Shown: positions 45,646 through 61,218, numbered from the stretch's first letter. The stretch: 64,000 bases of DNA from the human T2T-CHM13v2.0 reference genome, Homo sapiens (GCF_009914755.1 NC_060927.1); one strand, 5' to 3'. The notes: generated by a model from the letters alone, not told the origin. Translations and numbers: made by a program.

Positions 45646-47650
45646 AATTAAATAATATTTAAATTTTCTCAAGTGTCTAACATGTTGTTACTCTATAATA
45701 ATAAAACAGAAAATATTCTAAAATAATGCTATGTGGTTTAAACAAAAGATGTAAGTTCCTTGTCAAAAAAACTGGAATTATAAGTTTGTAAGCCCAACTT
45801 TTGACATGACAGATAATTGAGCGTTTAGGATCATTTCAGAAGCAAAGAAATTAATTTCTTATCTCTCTCACTCTGTGCACTTTCAGGAAATGTATTACAT
45901 GGATTTATTTGATAAGAGTTAAGAATGGGTATATTCAGAATAAATGAGCTTGAAGTGCAAGATGTATTTTAAAAAGTCTTTGATCAAAAGCCACGTTACA
46001 TTATAAAGGTAAGATGCTATGCTGAGGATTTTATGGAACAAGAATTTAATAGCATGCCAAATTTCGGATAGAACCCACTTGACATTGTCACAGCATATAA
46101 GTGAACTTTCTGGGGTGGTATGTCCTTGATGAAGATAAAAATACATTCTGTTCCTTAAAAATGCAAATTCATTTCAAAGTACATTAAACTTGAATAAATA
46201 AAGTTTTAATGAAACATAGGGTTGTTTTTGAAATTCACTCTGTTCTTTGACAGACTGTAAATGGCTTCATTTCTCTGTGCTTATCCCTTTTTCATAAGGT
46301 CTGTAAGCACTATTCTACAATTATTAAATTCTGGACAGCCTTTTGTATCTCTGACATAGTTTGAGGAAGGAATTAATGAGCAATAAGCCTGTAAGTTACT
46401 TGCTCAACTTCTCCTGTTAAAACAGCTCATCCAAGATCACTCACAAACAGCTGTGTCTACAAGTCATAAATGGTAGGTCATGGGTGGTGACTAACATGTG
46501 ACTCCCAATCTGTGTGTCTGAAGAGTTACTCCTCAAAAGGGATATTTTCACTACGTGAAAAAGTTATTTTAAAGGGCTCTATCATCACCAAGTTATGTGG
46601 GCCCCATCTAACCTACGCCAATTTCAAAAATGACACATGGATAGGAGATAATTTACTCTTTCAAGTCACACAAGATTGGTAAACCAGTTTAGGGCTTCAA
46701 GATCTCTAGGGACAAGGTTCATCTGTCCCTTAAATTCTTTTCCCTTCCTCCTGAAGGCATTTGCCTTATACATTTCATACAAAGTTTTGACAGTATCAGC
46801 AATCAGAAGCAGAGACACATTCTCCATTCCCCATCCCAATCTTCACTGGATCTTTGATTTCATGTAAGTCCATCCTGCTTGAAATTGTATCTCAGGAGAC
46901 TTGGGGTTAGAGCTTTGGGTAGCAATAATGTTTGGCAAAATAATACTGTAAAACTGGTTTGGAAAGCTCAAAAGGGAACTCATTTACATTTTAAGACTTT
47001 TGCTACTTCCTGGTTTCAGGCAGTGCCGAGACACCCACAAACATGAACACTTTTCAAAATTGCATTTGGCACATGCTTTTTCAGTTCCAGCTAGATTTAG
47101 GAAATGTGCCAGCTAAAAATAATAATGTAATATGAGCAAGATTTTTTCTTCTTTCCTTTTTTCTTTTCCTTTCTTCCTGAACCTCTGGGAACATTGTTAA
47201 TACTGTCAAAGAGGCATAATTACTTTTTTGGGGGGCATAAATTACATTTTTAGAATTACACCCTCCATTCCTTTGATGGAACCCAGAGCCAGGATGGTGT
47301 ATAGCGGTAGGCTGTGTGTGTGTGACAAGGAAGTGCTGCCTGAGTATAGAGCCAGGAGTGGGGAAATGGGAAATGGGTATTTGCAGATGGTAGCTGACAG
47401 GCAGCATTGTCCCGCCTGGATATCATCCTGACTTGTGTCTTCAAAGTATAGAATGTAAGGACAGATCAGAAGATACCCAGTACCTTCTGATCAGAAAACA
47501 TGTGTCATCTGTGTTTTCCTTCCCATCAAATATGTGCATCCTATTTTTTCCTTACAACTGTCATATACCATCTGCAAACCTTAGCCTTGCCAACAGTTAC
47601 CCTTGAAGATAGAATGCCAGAAATTTGAGAAAATAAAACTAAGGCAGAAT

Positions 47651-48338
47651 TTTGGAAAATCGAATGGCAGTTTCTTATAAAGTGAAACATGTACTTATCC
47701 TGTGACCCAGCAATTGTACTACTAGGTATTTACCCAAGACAGATGGAAACATGTGTCTACTAAAAATCCTGGGCGCAAATGTTTATAGTAGCTTTGATCA
47801 TAGTAGTCCCAAAAATGAAAATAACCCACATGTCTGTCAATTGCTGAACAGATAAATTTTGTATATTGACACAGTGAAATACTACTCCACAAAATAAAAT
47901 AAAGACATGAACTACTGATAAATGCAAAAACATGTATGAACCTCAAATGCATTATGCTAAGTGAAGTAAACCAGGCTTAAAAGTTTAGATATGGTTTGAT
48001 TCCGTTTACATCACCTTCTGGAGAAATAAAAGCAGTAGTGACAGAAAGCAGATCACTGCCGATAGAGGAAGGAGACTGACAAAAGGGAATGAGGAAAATT
48101 TTGGAGGCAATGGAAATGTTCTCTATCTTGATCTCAAACTCCTGGAGTGATCCTCGTGCCTTGGCTTCCCAAAGTGTTGAAATTACAGGCATAAGCCACT
48201 GGGCCTGGCTGTTCTCTATCTTGACTGTGTGATAGTTACACCTCTTTGTGCTTGTCAAAAATCATAGAGCTGTATGCAATAAAGGGGGAGTTTTTGCTAT
48301 ATGTAAATTATATGGCAATACACCTGTCTTTAAAATAA
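47651..48338 (+). mobile_element. Old L1M 3' end containing a tailless Alu fragment
   Basis: gacccagcaattgtactactaggtatttacccaag..atgaacctcaaatgcattatgctaagtgaa..atgtaaattata. Confidence 0.8.
48132..48209 (-). mobile_element. Tailless Alu/FLAM 5' fragment (78 bp)
   Basis: Minus strand gccaggcccagtggcttatgcctgtaat..caggagtttgaga; flanked by exact tgttctctatcttga at 48117-48131 and 48210-48224. Confidence 0.9.
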
Positions 48339-48373
48339 TTAGGCAGAACTTCACGGAGGTACTGAAAAACTTA

Positions 48374-48625
<252 letters not shown>

Positions 48626-50345
48626 TCAGTGTTCTTAATCAGTGGGTTCATTTTAATGCTTTCTGATACCTGTTTAGTCTCTACTTAGTTATAATTACCT
48701 TCTTCTCTTTCTTCAGCAACCCTGCTGTTTTCTGAAATCCCCTACCCTCAGATAATCAGCATGGGGCTTACTTATTTGGTTCTGTAGTTTAAACTGTCCT
48801 GAAAAGGTGGATGGGCTCCAAATGATTCTCTTTGTCTTTACAGTGGCTGTGAAATGTGGAGATGGCCACTTTATTTACTAATTCAACAAATAAATATTAA
48901 TCGCCCACTGGATGCCACACACTTTGCTAAGCACTGTGGTACTGCCCTATGTAAGGGGAACTTAGTCACTGCATAAGTGACTTAAACACTGCCTAAGTGT
49001 TTCCCCTTGTTGTTTCTCCCTGCCTAGTGTTAAACAACCATAGCAATAATTTTGACACACGCAAGAAAGGGAAAAAGGAAAGCTCTGTGAATAGTTAGAG
49101 CAGGGTCCACAACATTTTTCTTGTCCAGATACAATATATTTGATGTGATAGATATAATGGCATATGATTAGTCGATGAGATCAATAGAAGGAGAAGGAGA
49201 CCAATACCACAGCATATCAGCAATTCCTACAATGCTGGAGCACTGGAAGGAAAGATCTGATTTGGAGGACTTAGCTTGTCTGGAACATAAGATAAAGCTG
49301 AGACTAGAAGGACAAGTTCCAGCAGTAATAGTAGTGGTGACCTTGCTGGTGGTGAAGGATGTAATAATTACAGTGTAGCAGTAATAATAGTAGTAGCAGC
49401 AGCACTAGTGGTAAGAGTAATAAAGCGAGGCTGTGTAGGGGAAGGATTTCAGGCACAAGAAGTACTGAAGGAGGATAAATATTATACTAAAAAAACCATG
49501 ATGGGGCATATGTAAGAACTCATAATATGTAAATCTTTAAAAATGGAAGAATTAGTAATAAACTAGATTGGATTTTTTTTTACTGACAGGAACTTTTTAT
49601 TTTTATTCACATCCAGAGATCTTATGTATAAAGTAACTCGGATGTTTTGTATGGACACTTCCTGCTATGAAGGCAATAATTTATTGGGAAAAAAGATACA
49701 CACATCTACTACTAGAAAATGAGACAGGACAGAAGTATTCTCACCCTAAAACACTGGATACAGTAAATAGAACTCTGGAAGGATAGAGCTAACTAGCTGA
49801 TAAGGGGTATTCCTGGCTTTAAAGAGCAAGACAACAGAGGAAGGAAGATGTGGAGCTTGCATCCATCTAGTTGGATGAGGTGGAGTCGAGGGCTTTCAAT
49901 CCTGGGGTTCTCCTTGAGCCAACCTAGAGATAAAAGGGAGATAAATTTATAGGAAAAAGCAAGAGCTCATTTTGTTTAAATGATTAAGATAATTTGGTTG
50001 TCCATTATTCCCAAGTGGAGTTGTCCCAAACAACATGCCCTGTTCCCATTTGAATCAATATGCTGTTTCTTGCCATTAGTTCTTGCTCCATTGGGGAAAA
50101 ACACATTATTCTCCCATTATGTGTGCTCTTTCTCTCTCAACATAAAAAGTGCTAGATGTTTTGATTAAATTATCAGGATGAACATCTGTAGCAATGAAAG
50201 GTACATAAATACCAGTTCAAATCACTTTTTTACTTTTAACATCTTTTGGGATAGGCTAGGATCTCCTGTGAGGAACACACATCTGAGCAATGTTTTGTCT
50301 CATTTTGTTCCGTACTTTCCCAATATGCAGAATGAGATTGGAAGC

Positions 50346-50683
50346 TGCTATGGTCTCAGTGTTTGTGTCCCCCCAGATTCATATGTTGATACCTAATCCC
50401 CAGTGCAATTGTATTAAGAGGTGGGGCCTTTAGGAGGTGATTATGTCATGAACGGGATTAGTTCCCTTATGAAAGAGGCCTGAAGGAGCATGTGCAACAC
50501 ATCCACCATGTGAGTACACAGAGGGCACTATTTATGAGGAACAGGCCCTCACGAGACACTGAATCTGCTGGCACGTTGATCTTGGACTTCCCAGCCTCCA
50601 GAACTGTGAGCAATAATTTTGTGTTGTTTATAAATTGCGCAATCCAAGGTATTTTGTTATAGCAAGAGAAGTGGACTAAGGCA
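50346..50683 (+). mobile_element. MLT1A-type solo LTR
   Basis: tgctatggtctcagtgtttgtgtccccccagattcatatgttg..ggactaaggca; TSD-like gaagc/gaaat. Confidence 0.85.
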
Positions 50684-51729
50684 GAAATCTCTCTAGGTAT
50701 CTTCTCTGAGCTTTGGGGATGTTTCCACGTATGACCTAAGTTTAGTGTTGATGGTCTTTAGAACCTCTGCTCTTCAGGAAGTCTAGGAAAGGGTAAAGCT
50801 CATATTACAGTGAATCAAGAGTTTGTATTAAAGGTCAGAAGACATTTTCAGAGTTAAAAAAATATCAGCAACCAAAAGCAAAAATGCAAAAGAACAGCTC
50901 CCAGACTGAACGCTCCCCTGATGAATTCACTACAATTTCCTGAATGATACATTTTTTATTTCTGTTACTACATTAAGGATTTCTCTTTGAAAGACTGTGA
51001 GTTTGGGATCTTAGTTGCACCATTCTCTCAGCAAAGTAACCTTATGTAGCTGGTCGCTATGTAAAACTACCACACTGTGTGCGTGAACATTAAAAATAAA
51101 AAAAATATACAAATAGACCATGACCAGGCCAGTCTGGACTTTAGTCTGGCTTGGTAAATGTTAATTATAAATTAAACTCTTGACATCTTATGCTATAACC
51201 CTTTTACGTTCAGATATATTTCAGTCTCAGCCCTAATAGGGCTTGGTCTCGTAGGTCTAGTATAAAGTCTCTCTCTCTCTCTCTCTTTTTTTAATCATTA
51301 GTGTCAATTCCCTCTTAATCGCATGTTGCAGTTTTCCTTCTCATAGTCTTCTGAATACTCAGTTACCAATTTGGCATATATTTCTACTCAGTTCATGTCA
51401 GTTGATTTCACCTCAACAAAACTTTATTGGGTACTTACCATGACCTTGGCAATGAGGGGCCACAGAGATGACTGAGCCTTGTTGCTGTCAATCTTTTGGG
51501 ATAGAGAAACACGCACATCCCACTGTGGCATAAGTGAGACACAAGTACAATGTGGAAACAGAGGAGAGAAAGATGAGTTTTTACTCAGTTAGTTTTACAG
51601 TACCTTTTGAGAGTCATGGGATTTCTGAACAGCCTGTGGAATAGTGAGTAACATAGAGGAAGTTGGAGACATAAGTCAAAGGAGGAACAAGAGAGAAGAC
51701 TCTGAAGGCTTCCCTGGATTAAGAATTCA

Positions 51730-52046
<317 letters not shown>

Positions 52047-54129
52047 AAGAATTTGTTTGAAATGCACTATCTTTTTGATACTAATTTACCTAACTTTTAA
52101 TTTACCTAATACTTCCGGTTTTGTTTACATATTGTTGGTTGTTTTGTTTTTTTTCTGATAGTTCACACTTTATTGAATTCAGTTTTCTTCTCACCCATTT
52201 TTTTTTTGTAATAACAATGAACCTAGCTGTGCCACTATTTTGCTATGTGAACTTAGGTAATTCTCTGAACATTGTAGATAAACTAATAGTATATACCTCA
52301 GCCATAGAAAACAAAGAGTACATGATAGCTAATAATTTACTGACACTCATGCGTTCATATTTAAATTATGGATAATTTGGATAATTATCTTTACCTTTGA
52401 AAACTTCTGCATGTCTAATAGTATTTCATTTACATTATGGTTTTTCTTAGATTGCAATTGATTTAGAAATATTTATGTATTATAAAATATAAGTTTTGTA
52501 GCCAAGGATAAGAGACCAGAATGATCAAGATGATTGAGTCCAAATTATTAACTGTGAAGGAGAATAGAAGATGATCAGTAGCTCAGTGTGGATGAGCCTA
52601 GTCTAAAGATATAAACCACACATTCTTCTAACTCAGCCCTCAAAGTGCAATTCAATAATTCAGCACACAGGGATTTACAGTTTGGAAAACTTTTGCAGTA
52701 TCATTATGCTCTAATTTTTTTAGTCCATTCTATATGTGAGTTTTATTCCAACTTCTAGTTGGAAAGGCTCATGTCTTAAAATAAGCCTGATCCAGAAAGA
52801 AATTCTACATATGGCTAAGAGAAAAAGTAATTCTTTAGAACCTACATAGACTTAGTTATTTCTTGTGCAGAATCCTTTATTTGCCTTTTTATAGTTCTTT
52901 TATTTGAAACATAGGACTTCCCTTCCCTAGATTAGAGGAATTTGTTTCAGAATTGTCTTTCACTCCAGAAGCAGGTTACTCCTGCCTCCATGGCATAAAA
53001 AGGAAGAGGGAATGGGTACAATTGGCATTGTGCTGTTTTTTGGACATCTTAACACCACCTATACAAATGACGTTAATATATTAGTGTTTGCTCAGGAAGA
53101 ACTTGAAAACACAGCTTCACAAATCAGTGCAAGTATTTTAAAGCATCATCCTCCCCTTAGTACATATTCAAGAAATAAAATGAACATAATCTGAACTTAC
53201 CTCTGTTCTGCTTAAATATGTCTAAAAATTTATATGTTGAGCCTTTGCAAAATGGTAAGTGGTCTACCTATTCATTATTTGCCCCTCTCAAAGCTAATGG
53301 ATATTGCCGAAAACCCATTATGGCATGTTAGCATCCCCTAAGTAAAACAGTGCATGTGAATTAGAGCAACAAAACAATTCTGGATAAAAACAGAAGTTTA
53401 GTTACAATTGCATTGACTGAGCATTAGTTATCAAGGCTACTCACCATGCATCTTTTTGAATCAGCTGGATAGGATCATCGCAATACCTAGACCAAACAGT
53501 CAGTACAAATTCAGGCCATTAGTTGGTGGCAGTTTTTCATCCCGCAGCTTACCAATCTGCCCACTTGGATTATCCTCTCTTTTCACTTTGTCAAGTAATA
53601 TGCAATCCTTTTCATTATTTTTAGCGAAGAGAGCTTGCCTGGAGGTAATGAGTTGTAGATACCAGCAGAATGGGAAACTGATACGACCCCTTTGTCAAAA
53701 TAATAAAAGAAGTTTAAATTATTCCTTTTTCCTGATATGTCTTTCTCATATTTACATTATTTATGCCTAGTATAGGGTTTAGAAGTTGAACTAAAGACAT
53801 TTGCTGAAATAAAAGTAAAAGAAAGAATATTCTATGAAGAATCTCACAACCCATGTTTGGGGAAGAATAGATGAGATTGTGTGTGTGTGTAAGGCATACT
53901 TACAGGTATGTGTTCATGTGTGGAGGTACGAGGGTGGATTCAAGGTAGGCTGTATATAATTAGAGCTCTTTTTTCCTCCTTATGATATAAAACAGTGGAA
54001 GATTATCTTTTTTTCAATTTTAGCAATAAAATATGCTTTAAAAAAGAACTTGAACATTACACTGTAAAAGTAACTCAAATATATCATAATCATCAAAATA
54101 ATATATTAAACACCAACTGGGATAGGGAT

Positions 54130-54350
54130 TGAAGTTAAGGCTCAGACAACCATTGATTTAGATTCTGCCTGTACCATGTACTTCCTGTGGGACACTGAAT
54201 ATACCACTTTATTCTTCTGAACCTTAGTTTTGGTATTTGTATAATGCAAGTAATAATAATAATACCTACTTCTTGAGGGTAGTTAGGATTAAATGAAATG
54301 ATGCATATAAGGCTCTTACTCTAGTCCCAGCACATTGTAAGGCAATGTTA
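54130..54350 (+). mobile_element. MIR
   Basis: cttctgaaccttagtttt..ataataatacctacttc..gttaggattaaatgaaatgatgcatataagg. Confidence 0.75.
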
Positions 54351-54554
54351 GGCTTTTTTGTGTGAAATTATATAAATTAATAACCTTTGTATTGATTACA
54401 TTTGCGTGGAGATGACTACTTCTTAAATGCTGAAGAAGTCCCTAATACTTTTCAGAGACTTTAACACTAAGAAGAGCATCAATATAAATAGAATTGTTAA
54501 GAAAACCGCTGTCAAATTCATTTTTTAAAAATCTGTTTTCCCAAGGATTAGAAT

Positions 54555-54819
54555 CAGGGCTGACTTATCTATTAGAAATAGCAGGCATAGTGTTTAGAGC
54601 CCAGAGTACCTCTAGGGTGTCACAAAAATATTTTAATTTATTTTAAAATCAGAAATAGATGAACTTTTAGATAAAAAAGTTTTAATATGCAATATCAATA
54701 TATTCATCTTGGTGCCAATACAGTAATAAAATATCATTTAAAAACTTTTTTTTTTAATAAAAAAGAGGCCCAAAAAGGCAAAATTGCCAAAAGCCTGCGG
54801 AAGTCATAGTGCAGCTTTG
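54555..54819. mobile_element. hAT-Tip100 MITE (ORSL-like)
   Basis: Termini cagggctgac / gcagctttg; internal aaaatattttaatttattttaaaatcagaa; 8-bp TSD-like attagaat / tttaaaat. Confidence 0.6.
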
Positions 54820-55879
54820 TTTAAAATGTGATGCCAGACTGCAGGAAATGGAATTTTCTTCAGGTCACACAGTATGCCAGAAGAAAATGTGAAGAGCAGA
54901 GTTTTCCTTGTTATTTTTGTTTGTTGGGGGATAGGAGCTTGTAATTAAGTGAAGTAGTATCACTCACTTTGTTAGAGTGTATCAGGCGTGTTTCTCTTGG
55001 AATGATATTGACTTATATCCTCACAATAAAATTAACACCAGTATATGAAAGACTCATGGATGGAAACATAGATGAATAAGACCAAAATATGTAGTTTAGA
55101 AAATAGGGAAAGGGTAATATAGATAGAAATAGTTTTTACTGTTTATAAGACATGAGGAAATGCACCTCATTTAAAGTTATAAAAATAATTTCAAGACCTG
55201 CTGGAATTCAAACCGCCGAAATATAAACCCATAGTAGTAATATGTGCTGCTAAAAATTTATGATATTATAATATTGTAAATATTACGATAGCCCTTTTGC
55301 TCAAGAGGCACTGGTATATTTAAAATATGTCATCATGCATGTGTAATGTCTTAGCAAAACAAATCCGAACTTCTTGTTAAGGCAAGCTCTGGGTTTAATC
55401 CTTTGGTATAGTTATTTGAGCTCAGTATCTGATGTCTCATAAGATCTTTTTGAACATAAGTATAACATATCAGGGCATGTTATACTTAATCAAGAATGAG
55501 GAGGTGTCTTCTTTCTTGATTGTTGGTTTTAGAGAATTGTACGAAGTTACATTTTGTGCAATACTGAATTCCTTTCATTGCCAATTTGGAGTTAAAAAAA
55601 ATAAGTGGTGAAGTGCTTGATATCCTTGAAATAAAACATGCAGAAGATAATTTCTCAAGAGATGGAGAATTAGAAATCACTGATTTTTATTAAATCCCAA
55701 AAACATGCATTTTAATGGTAGTCTATGATGTAAATTCTCTAAGCAATCTTGGGAATTTTGAATATATTGTATAATACTCAGCTCAGTAAATCTTACTTTT
55801 ATATCATAAGTACAAATTTAAATGCCTACAGTGTAGATGATACTGTGTTAGGCACTAGAAAGTTTGATCAGCCCTGCCA

Positions 55880-56880
55880 ACTACAGTATAGTTGATGGAG
55901 CTCTGAATTACTGAGCAACATCATTTCACTTCTCTTTACTTCATTTTCCTTATCTGTGTACTGGAGATAGTAATTCCTGCTTTATAGTCTTATTGTGAGG
56001 CTCAAATCAGATAAGGCCTATAAAAGTGCCTTGAAAATTGCAAGGAACTATGAAAATATAAGATAGAATTATTACTATCCTTTAGGCTCAATGTTGATAC
56101 CATAGCAATTAATTATGATTATTTTATAAGAGTAGTATGGGATTTGGAGCTATTTTGTGAGCTTAAATATATCTGAATGTGTAATGTAAGATTTAGCTCA
56201 ATGGCAATCTCCTAGGCCATGATATTTCTCTTAGGACTAATATAAAAGCAAATATCTTTAACAAGGAATAAATTCAGTTGCTCTTTGTTGCCTCCTTAAT
56301 CATTCTGCAAAGTGATTTGTTTTGGTCTTTGCAAAAGTGTTAGTTGAGAGTTTCCACCCAAAACTAATTGTCATTGAAAATAATGAATGTACACTTAAAA
56401 TGAATTTATTCAGATTCTTTGACTTCACTGACAAATCAGTGGTTTATTCAAGTCTACTCAATTTGAATGTTTTCCTCTGAAGCTATGATTATAAAATCTT
56501 CAGAGTTAAAGTACTTCCCTAAGATTAATGACTAGATAATTGATTTGCAGTAAATGTAACTTATTTATTGAGACTCGTTCTATGAGATTTGTGACTGAGA
56601 AAAGCAAAAGTAAGTAGATGGATTGGGAACCCTCCTTGGTGCTCCAGGTGTAAACTTTCTGTTTCTTACTTTCTTTGAACTAACATTTATTGAGTACCTA
56701 CTATATAGTCAGTGCTACTACATACATTATCTCATGTAATCATCATAAAGATTCCATTTTAGAAACTAAGAAAATAGAATTGCCCAGAAATTAAAAATCT
56801 GTCCAAGATGATCTGTCCAGCTGTAAGTCAGGACCCCTCTTCTTTACTAACTCCAATACCAGTGTTCTTTTAAAAGCAAT
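55880..56880. mobile_element. Two degenerate MIR fragments (~55880-56070 plus, ~56680-56880 minus)
   Basis: ttcattttccttatctgt..ttgtgaggctcaaat; aacattttattgagtacctactat..catacattatctcatgtaatc. Confidence 0.6.
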
Positions 56881-59358
56881 GTAATTTCTCATCCAAATCT
56901 ACATGCTAGGCAGAAGGTTCCCTCATATTCTTTCGTCTTTCTAATCAAACCTTAATCTTAGGAAAGAATTTGACAAATAGCTTTACAACAAGGCAGTAGG
57001 ACACAGATGATTCATAAAGCTTAAAGTCATATCAAACACAAGGAGATGTATATTTTACTAGGAGAAACAAAACTATTTGTAATATTATGTCAAATGTATG
57101 AAACGCTTCCTAAAATTTCAGACACTAGCATACAACTGTGTTAAAGGGATTAATCAATACTCTGAAACCATATTACATAGGTAATTTTCCCTTGCTAAAT
57201 AAGTGGCACTCAGAACTGTAACAGTGATGGGCTGAGATTTTCATGTAAACTTGTAATTAGATCTGTAACTGTTACTGATGGCCTTTGCTCTTATAGAGCC
57301 ACTTGCAATGAGGTTGCTGTTCAAGTTGGCACTGGCAGTTTCTGTAGAATATTTTCCTGCTCCTCCTCAAAAACTCACAGCAAAGATAGAAGATATGTCA
57401 CATACGCTTTTAAAAGACGGGGTGACAAGCAAAAGGAAGATAAACATCTTTGAAGACCAGAAGCAGAATAAAAACACATGGCAGTAAATGTGGTTTAAGT
57501 CACAGGCCTACCACATTCCAGGACAAGGAAGTAGCAGAAATGTTCATGCTTTCAACTTCTGAGGATCAAAACGGGTGGCAGAATGGAGCCGGATTCAGTG
57601 TGTACTACAGAGAGTTAGGCCAGGCCAGCCAAGTTCAGAGGCAAAGCTGAGGCTGATAAGTTGTTGCCTAGTAGGTGGGAGGAAGCACAAATAGGTGCTT
57701 CACCAAAGCCTGGCCAGGCCCCAACTAGCTAATACACCCGTAATATCCCTGCATTCTGAGAGCTCTGGGTGCCAATACAAGGGCAAGGCAGGTAGAGACA
57801 ACTGTAAAACTGCCACACATGGAGAGGTGAGAGAGACTGAGCCAAAACAAACAAACAAACCGAGAAAGGAACACTGTAGCAGCACCACTAAAATTTCAAA
57901 GCTTATAAGCCTAAAAAGAAATCATGAAAGAGAGCCATCAAGCAGATGTTAACTGGATGACATAATTATGATTGCACAATTTGAGAAAAATTTAAGTATG
58001 TATTTTTAAGATCTTAAAATGTATAAATTAAGAAAAGAAATGATTATAGTACCAAAATGGTTATGTTTCAAAAACGTGTCTATATTCAAGTTCTAAAGAG
58101 AAATTTTAGAAATAAAAAAATCATATCATTAAAATTAAAAAGCAATAAAAACCAAAAAATTGAGTAAGTTAGGTTAACATCAGTTTAGAAGAGCTAAAGG
58201 AGAGATTAATGAATTAGAAAGAGTACTGAGGAACTGATCTACAGGATGAAAAAGAAAGAGAAGGAAGGGAAAATATGATGTCAAAGTTATGACTGTCTTG
58301 AAGAATGGTCTGACTTGATTTTTTTCCCATCGAATTATCAAAAGAGAAAATGTCAATATTTAAAGACATAAAGTGACTTAGAACTATTTCCAGGCTGAAG
58401 GACTGAATCTCCATTTAGAAACTGCACGGCAAGTGCTAAGCAAAATAAAAGTAAACAATACTTTGACAAACAGCAAAATGGAGAACATAATAGCTAAAGA
58501 GAAAATCATAAAGCCTCTCTGGGAGAAAAACAAATTTTCTAATAATTAGAATGAGAACAGATATCTCTTTAGAAGCAGTAGAGATCAGAAGACAATGAAG
58601 TAATAGCTTCAACGTGCTGAAGAAAAGATTATCAAACTACAATTATGTACGCCTATAAACAATCATTCAAGAGTAAGGACATTAGGAAAACATTTTTAAT
58701 ACATAAACAAGTAAAGGAATTTTTTACTCATGGAAATTCAGAAGCATTTACTCAGCAAAAAGAAGAGTATACTTGTATGGAAGGCAAAAAATGCAGTTAG
58801 CAATTGTGAGAAAAAAAGATCAAATATGTTTGTACATTTTATTTAAATAAGTAATTTTTGTTGAATTTATTTCTTTTCGAAAATACTTAAAACTAAAATT
58901 CTAGATAGAAATAATGTAAATAACATATGGTTTGAGAGGAGAAAAGAGAAACTAAATGCTTTAAATTTATTAGAAAAGTTTAAAGTTTAGGATATATATT
59001 GAATTTCAGCAAGTTCATTTGCTGAAAGTGGGTTTTACTTGTTGCTAAGTGACACAGGTCAATTCAAATTCTCTGGCCTTCTCTCTTACCTATAAAAAAC
59101 CAAAAATTAATGTTGATAATAATAAAGAAAAAACAAACTCAGATAAATCATTATTAGACATAATTATTACATGGTAATTCTGTATCTAAAATATTAATGT
59201 TACCACTGAAAAGACAGAAATACAGTCGATACATCCATATAAGCAAAACATACAAAAAGAATAACAGGAAAAAAACCAGGAAATTGCATCATCACAGCAA
59301 GAGATAAGAAAAAAAAAAAAAGGACCCAGGGAAAAATAAGGAAAAAAGGGAAACATAA

Positions 59359-59702
<344 letters not shown>

Positions 59703-61218
59703 CGCTCATTTGTTAGAATATATAGGAATGTATTTTAAAATATTCATTTTAAATGCTGCTCTTAAGAGACACAAATAAAGCCAAATAATACAGAACATTT
59801 GAAATAAAATACATAAAAAATAAAGAATAATAAGGAATACTTATTTTTAAAAACAATACCAAATAGTGGTATTATTAAAAAGAATTTAAAAAGCCTTAAC
59901 AACAATAAGACACTCTATAATAATGAGTATTCACTAATATACATATAAATATTATAAATTGTGATACCCTAAGGATACAAAATTAAATGCATAAAGTCAA
60001 CATTAACAGGATTATAAAAAAGAAATGAACAAATTTACAATTATAGTGAGGTCTTTAAAACATTTTCCATAAAGCTGATTTAGAAAAATATTATCAGGGC
60101 TATAGAAAATATAAGCAATGTAGTCAACAGCATTATTTTTCTGTTTTTCTGTCTCTACCTACCTATAAAACTCTACATTAAAGAAATAAATATTGTACCA
60201 TCTTTCCAACACGTGTGCAACCTATTTTAAAAATCAATCAGTAGAAGCCACCAGGGAAATATCAATTCCAAAAAAACATACTTGTATTATTTGACCACAG
60301 AGCAATGGTGTCAATAACAAAAATACCTTTTTGTATTAAAATATACATGTATGCACACAAACATTGTGTAAATAACCTTTAGTTTGAAGAGGAAATCACA
60401 ATGGAAATAACAAAATGTTTAGAAGTGAATAGTAGCAAAAAAATTACCTATCAAAAAGTGTAGAATATGCTTAGAATGGTAATTAGATCACTTATTGGTG
60501 TACATTTATAAATTAGAAAAAAAGAAAAAAATTAACATAAAGAAGCTATGTGGTAATGTTGAAAAGCTAGGTGAAGGTGAAAAATAAAATATATCCAATA
60601 AATAACTCAATTATATCTGATAAATAGAATATATATTCAAAATACATACAAAGCATGCAATGTAGCCAAGAAAGAAGGAGAAACAAATTACAAAGGTAAG
60701 AAAAAAATAAGGCAGCACACATTGAAATCACAGAGAAGATATGAAAGTCAAAATCTGTATTTTTAGAAAAGAAAAATAAAAGAACATTTTAATCAAGGCA
60801 ATTGAAGAAAAGATGAAGCTGAAATAACCAATACTAGAAAATGAAAAAGTAGGGTATTTTTAGACTTATGGTGGCAATTTAAAACTTATAAGGAATAATA
60901 TAATAAAATTAATGCCCAAGAGAACTTTTTGAAAATATTTACATTATAAAAATGAATAAAACATAGAAAACTTGAAGAGAATAATAACCATTAGAAAATG
61001 AATTCATTCCTATTCCCCCTTCTTGAAAAAAGAAGAGAAAAAGAAAAGAGATCAAGGCTAGAAGATCAAATAGTCTATATATACATAATCATTACCCAAT
61101 AAAAACTGTTCTAAAAATTAAAAAAATAAAAACTATTCAAATTATTTTTCAAGACCAATATAACCATAATAGAAAAACCAGGTAAAGACATTGTGAGAAA
61201 AGAAAATTATTTACCAAC

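Noticed and set aside
49320-49420. (GTA/GCA/GTG)n-like periodic tract
   Set aside because: Degenerate trinucleotide low-complexity sequence, not coding and not a spacer array.
53445-53638. Two candidate minus-strand exons (53553-53638 and 53445-53486) with good GT donors and AG acceptors
   Set aside because: The intron would be only 66 nt, the open frames do not join without a stop, and neither peptide is recognisable. A non-coding exon cannot be excluded without RNA data.
59004-59027. 9-bp stem hairpin tttcagcaa/ttgctgaaa
   Set aside because: Isolated short inverted repeat in decayed L1; no terminator role is expected in this eukaryotic context.
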